Origin: Auanema rhodensis
Lineage: Eukaryota > Animalia > Nematoda
DNA length: 64,000 bases
Assembly: GCA_964057225.1 (NCBI GenBank)
Contig: OZ059897.1
Coordinates: 6,758,001-6,822,000 of the forward strand
Reading direction: 5' to 3'
A program made the position numbers and the translations under genes. The notes under the pieces are model-generated. The model was not told the DNA's origin, made no database searches, and saw only the letters and a list, made by a program, of their open reading frames with translations. This document shows positions 50,557-64,000 of the stretch, piece by piece (the stretch's first letter is position 1; each line of letters opens with the position of its first letter).

Positions 50557-53500
50557 CAACACATATACACATGTACAGAGAGGGAGATATGCACATACCC
50601 ATGCATCTACTCACTTGCTCGGTCTCCTACCCTCCACCCTTCTCCACACCCTACCCTTCAATACTCTTATGCACATGTTTTCAGATCGTCGTAGTAACAC
50701 AAATTAAGTTTTTTCCTTCATTTTTTCCTTTTTACCACCACCACCACCCCTTCTTTGCCCCCCCCCCCTTTTGCTTTGAAAGTTTAGAGCAAAATGCAAG
50801 AATATGTGGAATGTTCACACTCAATTCTCAAAGAAATTTTATAGCAGTTCAGTGTCATTTTTGCGAATTTTATAGTCTGCAATCTCAATTCAAATGGTTT
50901 TGTGAGAGCGTACGTTTGAAAAATTGAAAAACCATGTAAATTTATTTTCATGTCTAAAGCCATAATGGCTCAATGTCTTTAATTAAACACTTTCAGTTCA
51001 TCTCTACTACTTCATCTCCTCTGTTTCTCTCTATTCGTTGGGGGCAGTTCTTCTCTCTCTCTCTCTCTCTCTCTCCCTCTCTCCCTGCTTCTCTTTCTCT
51101 CTTAATCATTTTCTCTTTCTTTCTCTCTCCTCTACTCTTTTTTTTCTTTTAAAGTCCTTTAGTAGTTCATAAAAATAAGGAAAAAAGATATACGAATTCC
51201 AACGATAATCTTTTGTTTTTCCATTGAAATTTTAAAATAGGCAAAGCTAAATTATTTTAAATACATATCCATATATCTAACTATTTATCTATAGCCTATG
51301 TGTATAGTTTTACATGTACATATATCAATAAATTTTATTTAAAATGCTTCCAAGTCCCAAGAGTTAATTGCTCTTACTTGGCTTTAGTTGCATTTCATAG
51401 TTATGTTTCTTCAGCATCTCTTATAGCCATGCTTGTCCCTTGAGATTATCTTTAACTATGAATCTCTTCATCTTGTATCTTTCCCACATTTCCTTCTAAT
51501 TTTGAATCAAAGAGAAGATACACGATGAATTGAGTAGATTTGCAAAAGCTTTTCTATCAATTTTGAACGCATTAAACTTTTTTTTCTAAAAAACTTGACG
51601 AATAAGCTTGAGATTAGATCAAGATAGATGTGCTTATTGAAGCTTCATCTATTTAAACATTCTTATCTCTTCAACAGCTTGTCAGACGAGTAATCATTTG
51701 ATTTTTTGTGTGTTTTTCAGCCAAATAAGTCAGATCTCTTTGTCTATTTCTACTTTGTAACAAGGAAAAATACTTTTCATCGTCTTTTACTTATTCTTTC
51801 CAACCAAAAAAAAAAGAAAATATTGTTGTTAGCTATGCTTCTTCTCTTTTTCTTTTTTTTAACTGTTTTTGTTAGTCTTTTAATGTCTCACAGACATTCA
51901 TCCTTCATTTTGTCTAAACTTGACTCTTCTCTTGTTGTTGATCTGTCAGCTCATCAGCCAATGCAATTATCTAAAGACTTACAAGGCTCTGATTTGGTCT
52001 TTGCCTCTTTTTCCGACTTGTCCTTCGTCCATGCTTCATGGCTTAGTCCAATCTTCCAATCAATTAGGTCATGGCATTGTACCCAATCTTGATTATGTTG
52101 TCATCAGCTTCATCATCTCTAACATCATCATAAACGAATATCGTTTTTCTCTATTTTCGCTTCATCAAATCACAAAAATTCCCTCAAGCTTATATACATC
52201 ATTATAAGCCAAATTTTCTATCATACAAACTGTAATTAAGCCTATTTAACTAGCTGTTTTTCTTTAATCCAATGAATTTTTCCCAATTTTTCATATCTTA
52301 TATATATTTTTTTTGTGAGAGCTAAAATAAAATTTTCTCTTCATTCTATCTGCTGCCTCTCTATCTCTCTCTCTCTCTCTCTCTCGTTCACTTTCTATTC
52401 CCTTTCTATTCTCTTTTCTTCCTCCCTTTATTAGTATTTTTCTTACTCTCTTTCAGTTTATTCTCTTTTAGTCTTTCTTTTTAACTAAATATCAAAAACA
52501 TAGTTATTTACTTGTATATAAACAAGAAAACTGTATCTTTGTCATAAGATTTTTCATCATATTCCATATTCTACAGCTTATTCTGCTAACTTATATATGA
52601 AATTTGAACATAGACACTTGGACAGAGAAAAAAAAAGATCTTTCTTCTACAAAGAACAATTGTTGTAGTTTCAAGCTGAATGCACTCCATAAGATGTCCT
52701 CACATATTAGTCGGATATCAGTATTCTCGGAACATATTTTTCGGATTTTTCATTGTCATCACAATTATGAAGGCAATTTCCAATTCAATTACTTGTCATC
52801 ATCAATTTGGTTTGTCGTCCTTTTACTTCTGCCAGTACTGCTAGCAGCTTCTTCATTTCTCCCCTTCCACCCCCTCCTCCAACCTCTTCTCGTCAATGTC
52901 TTCTACTATTTCATTTTCCGTTCTTCTTTTATGGACAAGAAAGCTTTCAGATTGTTTGGTAGCGATTTCTGATTCGTAATCTGGCTACCACTGGCACTAC
53001 TAACTACAACTAATATTCAACTTGTAGTGGGTCGGAAGTAGTGGCACATCTATTGTCTGTCCGACTGCTTCGATTATCCTCCACAACATGCGAGCATACT
53101 TCTGTTCCTTTTCTCCCCTTTCCCTCGTAGTCTCCCTCTTTCTCTTATCTTACTTCCCTCTCTATTGTGCTATCTCAAATACTTGCATATTCATCTCTCG
53201 CAGATTCCTACACAAGTTGACCCCGTGGGTCCAATTGTATTTATAGATAGAGCTTTCTAAAAGGTTTTATTTTGTTATTTCAAAGTACTATAATGTCACT
53301 CACAGGATCACTTAAAAAACATTGACAAGGAACAAGAAGGGAAAAGAGCACGAACGAGATAGATTGAGAGAGAATGAGTAATCGAAAGAAAGAGAGTTCA
53401 AAAGATCTTCCATTCATTTCATGAATGTAGTTCGTTTTCGAAAAGCATAATCGTAAACTAAATGTTCTTCTAATCACTTTTCTATAAAAGTTTCATGTTT

Positions 53501-54077
53501 CCTTTCTCGTTTCCTTCTTCTCCTCCCCTTTCCAGCCAAGTTCAGTTCTCTCGTCAGATTCTGCACATCAGCATAAATCTTTCTCTCTCTAGATTCATAC
53601 CATATGTATGATCTAACCTCTTTTCATACGGGATCTTCTTCTCCTTTTCCAAATGTTTATTCCCTCTGTTCTCTCTCTTTCTCTCGTTTTCTCTCTTTCT
53701 TCCTCTCTTTTTCTCTCGCTTTGTGGTCTTGTGTCCATTCTGTTCCCAATTGATGTTTATCTTGCTCAAGCTTTTTCTCCCTCTCCCACTCTTTATGAAA
53801 AATTACAAATTATTCATTTCAATCTGTATTTTCTGCTATTTCTTTTATTAAACTTCATACATTTTTATTAGAATTTCGAATTATTATTGTCGTTGTTTTC
53901 TAATTTTTGCTCTTCTCTCCTTTATTCAATTTTTTCAGTTTTTTTGACATATTTTTATTTTCTTCAGTGCTAAATTCTTTCATGAAACTTTGCGTGACAT
54001 TCACCTTTTTATTTTTTAATATTTTCTTTGTTTTTTTCATTTTCATATGTTTTTTTCTAGATTCAGCCAGAGGATGA

Positions 54078-57155
<3,078 letters not shown>

Positions 57156-60100
57156 AAAAATTTGAAAATTATGAACTTTATGCCTTTCAATGTTTATTTT
57201 TGTCAATTTCTGCAAAAAAAAAAGAACTTGTAACTGCATGCGAAAGCGTATGTGGTGCTTGTACAATCCAGGGTATGAATGTTCATTCAAGTTCATTCGT
57301 TTTTTGTCGTTTTTCTTTAACAGAATAAATTTTTTTTTATTTTTGCCTTCTGTAAATAATTTTTTTATTTTCATGATTGCTAGAGCAAAAACAGAAGTAA
57401 ACTGAAACTTGAACACAAGCTTATTCAACATATTGAAGAATTTATTTACTATCATAACTTGCTTTATGCCTGCTTGTTATTGTTATTGTTGTTGTTGTTG
57501 TTGTTGTTTTTATGGCTTTGTCTAGACATCAAACACAATTTTCAAGCAAATTTAGGTTAATTTATGTTATACACTGAATATATTCATATTTAATTGAGTT
57601 TAAGTGTTTATATAAGGGATTAGGAGCATAATTTCAAATCTATATATAGAATTCTTTTCTTTCAATCGCTATGAGGAGTAACATATGTATATACTCTCAG
57701 ATACATACATATGTATATAGGCACATCCATATGAAATGATATGCCATGAGCTCAACACAAATCAGCATAAGATTATACAATTCATCAGGTCATCGGTAAA
57801 TATGTATAGTTAGAAATATAGACAATATTTGTATATAATTAATATAATAATTTTACTGTTTTTACTTAAATTGAATGAACAATTTCGTTGCCTACTTCTA
57901 TGTATGTGCTATCAGTCAAATGATAATTTGAGGTCATATTATATGTATCGATATAGAAGATTTCTTATCATTCTTTCCATAATCATCCATTGATACAAAA
58001 TATTTAAATATTATAAATATAGAGTAAAAGTAATTTATATTTTATCTTTTTTTGGATATTAATTCATGTCAGGAAGGAAACGTTTGAACGAAAATATGCA
58101 GATTCCAATCAGACGTCAAACGTGAAATACGATAATACAGGTTTAAATTATCACGTCACGTCATGTGCATTTAGATCACTGTAGAAGCATGGAACGGTTG
58201 TGCGCTTTCTCCATATCCACCTCTGACACATTTATTTCTCTCAGGACCTTTACCTGGTTTTCTCTATATCATTCTCTCTACTTCTCTCTCAGTTTCTCTG
58301 TCTCCTTTTCTATCTCATAGTTTTTCTTGTTTCTCAAGAAGATATATGAATCAAGAGGATTATCCCAGCTACTCGCACCCTGGTACATCTGCTCTATGAA
58401 TCACAGAGTGAACATGAACAAGTCGGTTATGGTGAACATGGTAACTTCAAATTTTTGTTTATTACCTTTAACTCGCTTGCATCATATGCTGTAAAGAGAT
58501 AAAGATCTTATTCTGATGCCAGAAGGAACAAGTAGCAAACCCATATCTGATCATTGATGATTAGGAAAAAATAACTTTTCCTTATTTCTAATGGTTAATA
58601 ATCTTTATTAAAAATAACTCGTCTATGTATTATCTTTTTATGCAAAATACGTGAGACTTTTGATATTTCCTTCTAAAAGTATCGTACATTTTGCACCTGC
58701 TCCCTCTCTCTCTCACTCACTCGTTCTAGCTCTGTTTCTCTCTCTCTCTCTTACTCGTTTTCTCTCTGTATCTCATTCACCTCCAGTTTTGCCTCTTCTC
58801 TTTTAATTCTGATATCTTCTTCCTTTGCTCAGAGATCAAACAGCACCAATAGGTTGGGTTATCCCAGAGATAACACCAAAAACATTGGTCACTCTTAAGT
58901 TCGCCTCAACACTTCTCCTGCATCATCATCATCATCATCGTTTTCTAGATTTACTCCTTCTGTTACATTCTATCTATCACAGATTCTCTCTCTTCTTATC
59001 CATTTTTCTTTCTCTATATCTCCACCGCTCTGTTTCTTACCTTCTGTCTCTCTACCCCCTCTCACCTATTCATATTATCCATCTTGCTCTGTTTACGGTG
59101 CTGATGACTTGTCCAGGAAATCAACAGATTCGCCATCGCCAGGCTCCGCCTCATCTTGCGGACCTTCAGGTGGACATCAGGGCGACCCCCACAAAGAAGA
59201 GAAAGGAAACCCCTTCCACACACTCCGCTCAACTCTCTCTACTTCTTCTCTTTTTTTTTGTTGTGTCAAAGAGCAATGATAAAAAGAGATACTGTCACTC
59301 TTGTATCTATATATTCCTTTTCATCCTCTTCCCATTTCCCTTGTTCATTATCTTTTTTCTTTTTTCCTCTCTTTCTCTCATACCCTCTTCAACCCAAAAC
59401 AGGCGGCATTGTTGATCAATATCCTGTATATATTACTATGTATATTCCTAAAACATTTTGAACTTCTCATCTGTTGTTCACATAACTAATCGGCTTAACG
59501 CTCTCCTCAAAAGGCTGACCTAGTGCTCGGAAGAAAACCTTTTCCGCTTGCGTTCTCTAATGTTCTCATTTCCATAAAACGCTGCTACAGCCTTACCCAT
59601 ATCGTGAATTACCATTCACTTTATCATATTTATCTTCCAATTTGTATTTATTTGATGAAAAAAACAATAACTTCCTACTCTTTTAGTATGCTGTTATGCC
59701 TTAGCTACCTCCAAACTAGCATTTCGTTGTCCTTTGGGTACAATCAAACTTACTACCTATTGACGCTGCGCATGCTTAACCTTCAACTTACTATCTTGTC
59801 ACCTGAATTCTGCATAGTGAAGCTTTTACAAGTATTTTCTAATTCAAATTAAGTTCTCTTCGCTTCGTACTTCCTGCTACAATATTTCATCAAACATCAT
59901 CACTCATTCTGAACGTGTATGTCATATCAGATTCTTTATGAGGGGAAACGAGAAAACTCTTTGAATTTTATCAAAAATTTAAGAAAAAACTGCTGAAAAA
60001 ACCCAGCTCTTTCAGTTCTGGAATTTCTAATCTGGCCATTTAAACTGATATGTATTGACTTTTTTCTTCTGTTATCATTCAAAATGACCAAAATTATCGT

Positions 60101-60677
60101 TCAAAAATGTCAAAACATATACTTTTTCTTGTAGTTTGACACCTCTCATGTTCACTTCTTAGCCTAATTCCTGTAAATCATTTGCTCATTCAATGAGAAA
60201 AATCAATTTGTTCTTATTTTTTTGCTATTACTATTACTTTTCTTACTAGTTATAGCCATTTGCTCAATTATCATTTCTATATTTTTTTCTCTTTCTCTCC
60301 CTCCCTCTCAGTTTTCTCTTATTATTTTCCTCATTCTCATTAACTTGTCTTCTTCTTCTTCTTCTTCTTCTTCTTCTTCTTTTCTATCTCTTTCAGATAA
60401 TTATATGAATTTTTTATCTTTTACCATTCATATCTTTCTTTAAATTGTTTGATCGACTGTCTGTTATATGTACAGTTTTTCTTTGAAATTTTGACCTGCA
60501 TTCGGTAGGAACGCATATTTTTTTTTGGATATTTGCTTTACTAATATTATAAAAAATATATTTTTTGATCTTTTATTTTATTTTACATTTTGAGGTTTGT
60601 TGTGTTTCTATACTAGCTGATAGATTGTTTCCGCAGCATGTCTCTCAGCTATTTTTCTAACATCACTCTGCATTTAC

Positions 60678-60760
60678 CTCTCTCTTTCCCTCTCTCTCTT
60701 TCCCTCTCTCTCTTTCCCTCTCTCTCTTTCCCTCTCTCTCTTTCCCTCTCTCTCTTTCTT
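60678..60760. repeat. Polypyrimidine minisatellite, 14-bp unit (CTCTCTCTCTTTCC)
   Basis: About five to six visible tandem copies. Confidence 0.85.
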
Positions 60761-60880
60761 TATAGTTGATAACATGAAAAAACCTAAAAAAAACTTTAAT
60801 AGATTCCTGATAGTCTTTGTACTTATTTGGTTAATTATATAATTCAAGCTTTATCATCAAATGTCTTCTGTCTTCCCCTT

Positions 60881-60939
<59 letters not shown>

Positions 60940-61569
60940 ATCTATCTCTCTCTCTCTTTGTTAATATGTTTAGTATTCGAGTACTAGCAAATATTTCTGA
61001 ATGTTCGGAATAATATAAGACGAAGTATAAAATTATTTTCCTGATTAATCTATGCAATTTGTTTCTTATATTCTTATCCATATTTTCATCTTTTTCTTCT
61101 TCTCCTTCTTCATGATCATTATTCCATTGTTCTCATTACTTATTTGGCCATTGCAAAATTGCTTTGTCAGTAGCTATTCTTATCTATTTATATAATGTAT
61201 AGAGCTTTAAATGGCCAAAACAAGCCTTTCTACATTTCGATGACAGGCTCATTGATATCAGCCTCATATGTCGTTCCAACTATGCAAACGATGATCATCA
61301 GAATTTGGTCGATCAACTGTTGTTTGAGTTGTTCTCACCTTCTGGCAACTCGGCCCTCCCTACACCATTAGCGTCATATCAGTGCTGATTATCTGATTTA
61401 TTTTTTTCTTCTTTTCGCTGAAATGTCAGATTCTTGGTAGATTTGAAACTCTTTTTATGTGTCTTGTAAATCTTTTTGTTGATTTTGCTTTTCCTTTCTC
61501 TAGCAATTTTAATAACAATTCTGAAGACAAGCTATACGTGAATGAAAGACCTACTGTATATACTTATAG

Positions 61570-61610
61570 TTGACGTCTAAACTTGACGTCGAAACTTGAC
61601 GACGTCGAAA
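61570..61610. promoter_or_regulatory. Tandem TGACGTC (CRE/ATF-like) motif cluster upstream of the Rab gene
   Basis: gttgacgtctaaacttgacgtcgaaacttgacgacgtcgaaa, about 400 nt upstream of ATG 61999. Confidence 0.4.
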
Positions 61611-61998
61611 TAATTAATTCTTACTTCCTCTCAACAGTATAGTACGGTTGTGCTCTCTCTGCTCTTTCTTTTTATAGATGCAAAATCCTAATATTATTTA
61701 CGTTTCATCAAGCTTGTTGATATTTGATGCTCACAGCCCAACCTGTTTTGCTTCATTCTCATTTTTCTAACATAACACGTGAATCATCGATCTGTGTGCT
61801 TTGATCCATTTTTCGTGATTATGTACTGAACCTTTTCTACTTTCTTATCATCCATATGTTCACATATGTTTCTGCATCTTTCTGTTGATATCAAAGTCTA
61901 TGCTGCTGAGATTTCGCTCCGCCTACTGTTATTTCTAAATTTTTATTCTTCAATTTTACAGTTTCTAATTTCAACAGGTTGGGTCCCCGTGTCTCGAA

Positions 61999-63289
61999 AT
62001 GGAGAAGTGCGGTAAAACGATCTACGCTAACGCTAAAGTTCTCGAGGCTATTCGTGATCAAGATGTTGAAATAACAGTTTCAGTGCCTAAAGCAAAAGCA
62101 AAAGTCGTCGTTCTCGGCAACTCAGGTAATCTTGTTGCATTCTTTTTCTCTCATTTTAACCCGTATTCTCTCTATCTATTGCCAATGTTAGGGGGGGGGC
62201 TATAAACGAGAGGGTAGAGACGACACTATTCCTGGAAATAAGACAATTGTGATAGAATATTTCAAGATGACCTAGCACATTGACCAAACATAAGATATAT
62301 CTATAATAAGGATCGGCTCATCAATCATTTTTCTGGTTGACCAACAATTTTATGAAATTTTGATTTATTCCTAGCAATCTATGACCAAAAATGACTCTCA
62401 CTCTTGTAAAATATTTTTTTTAAATATTCATTATTACAGGAGTTGGAAAGACTTCAATCATATATCGACATCGTTTTGGAGAACGTTCAACTCCATTCAA
62501 TGCTACCATCGGTGCTTCTTTCGTGACAACTGATATGTAAGCTGAATGCCAAATATCTGTGAATCCTTCTCATCAGAAATATTTATTACAGAGAAACACC
62601 AGGTGAAGAAATGCGTCTTCAAATCTGGGATACTGCTGGGCAGGAGCGGTTCCGTTGCATGGTATGATATCAAGCTCTTTCATGCACAAACTTCATTTTT
62701 GTATTTACTTTCAGGTTCCGATGTACATGAGAAATGCAGCTGCAGCAATAATTGTGTTTGACGTCACTAACAGACAATCATTTCTTGATATCGACAAATG
62801 GGCTAACGGTAAGAGAAGAGAAATGGGAATAATGCAACTTCAACAACATGTTTTTCAGAATTACAGCGTTGTTGCGGAGATTCTGATCCCGTACTCGTAT
62901 TAGTTGGCAATAAGGTAGTTGAAATGCTTGAGTTAAATGATAATCGAGCATGTTTTCAGACTGATTTAGTCGAAAAAAGACAAATTGCTAAAGGAGAAGG
63001 TGTCAACAAAGCTTTGCGTCTTAACGCTAGATATTATGAGATTTCATCTAATAATCATGCTGGTATGTTTTTACCGAATACGCTCAATTCTCAATTGCTG
63101 TTTCTAGTAATTTACATTATTTTTTAAGTTTTCAACGATGTTCTTGAGGATTTGGCGCAGGACGTCCAATCCAGAGGACTAACAAGTGAGCAGCAGCGAG
63201 ACAAGATGATATCACCAAGAATCTCTCCGGAATTGGAAATTATCGGAGATAAACGGGTCAACAAGAGGAGGTGTTGTTCTCTCCTGTAA
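61999..63289 (+). CDS. Rab-family small GTPase (Rab5/21/22-like clade, divergent), ending in polybasic-CCSLL
   Basis: G1 GNSGVGKT, effector region ATIGASF, G3 WDTAGQERF, PMYMRNAAAAIIVFDVT, G4 GNKTD, degenerate G5 EISS, C-terminus KRVNKRRCCSLL*; seven exons. Confidence 0.92.
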
Positions 63290-64000
63290 TAGATAATCTA
63301 TCAGATATTATATAATTTTGATTATTTTTCAGTCTTTTCCCTCTTACTTTAACTATTCAATCTGCCCCATCCATGTTATTCCGCTTTCTCTATCTTTCTT
63401 TACACACTCAAACACTTCTCTCTCTCTTTCTCTCTCTCTCTCTGAATTTCTCCCTAAATACCTACCTGCTTAGCTATATTTATATATTTTCTTCTTCTCA
63501 CACCTTTTGAACTATCCATATTCATGTCTTTCGTCTAATACTTTATTAATAACTTTTTTATATTATTTTTTACAAAGATCTCTACCCAAATCAAACTCAC
63601 CTATTCTTCATACACTGTAGCTTTTAATCTGATTTTGTTCATGTTCTTGTATAATTCAACAACTTTCCAAAATTTTCCATCAAGTAAGTTCAGGTATCCC
63701 CCTCAATATGTGATTTTCAAATTATTTTTCTGGTCGAATTCGCCCATTTCTGTCCATAGAACTGCTGAAATGTTGCCAAAATCTATAACTCAGTCTTTCT
63801 TTTCCACAAATACCAAAACCTAAGCGGGGTTATAACTTTTGTTATCTATATATAGTTTTAAGTTTGTTAGATTGTTTTTGTTAACTGATTTGCTCACTAA
63901 CTATACGTATAGCTTGTGAAATATTCGAAGAAACTATTGGAAATATCCTTCTCCAGCTTGTACGTTCGTGTTTAAGCATATCAGCTGTGTCAGAACTCTA

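Noticed and set aside
52990-53046. Imperfect hairpin (CACTAC..ACTACAA / TTGTAGT..GTAGTG)
   Set aside because: Large asymmetric bulge and low complexity; not convincing as a pre-miRNA.
58825-59415. Longest ORF in the track (196 aa)
   Set aside because: Non-ATG start and polypyrimidine-driven L/S/F composition; stop-poor by base composition.

Overview
AT-rich eukaryotic DNA with short (about 45-60 nt) GT-AG introns, TTTCAG-type acceptors and many (GA)n/(CT)n microsatellites, consistent with a rhabditid-type nematode genome; the species cannot be determined from the sequence. The ORF track is mostly uninformative because the genes are spliced, so gene models were assembled by hand. Layout: (1) about 11.9 kb with no recognisable gene; (2) a peroxisomal dienoyl-CoA isomerase (+); (3) a secreted mucin/lustrin-Cys/degenerate metallo-beta-lactamase gene (-), with a same-strand 4-TM gene nested in one intron; (4) a MOLO-1-like secreted protein lacking a TM segment (-); (5) unc-93 (-), whose 3' 963 bp is duplicated in inverted orientation, flanked by an 11-bp direct repeat, around a 1.4-kb spacer holding a 47-bp-stem hairpin; (6) a PERM-2/4-like Cys-rich protein (+); (7) a co-oriented ML-like / saposin / lipase trio (-); (8) the nlp-5 neuropeptide precursor (-); (9) a TMEM151 homologue (+); (10) an atypical CAAX-ending Rab GTPase (+). 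The most striking structure is the unc-93 inverted duplication, which could produce long dsRNA and/or a new truncated protein. Family assignments come from recalled motifs, not database searches.
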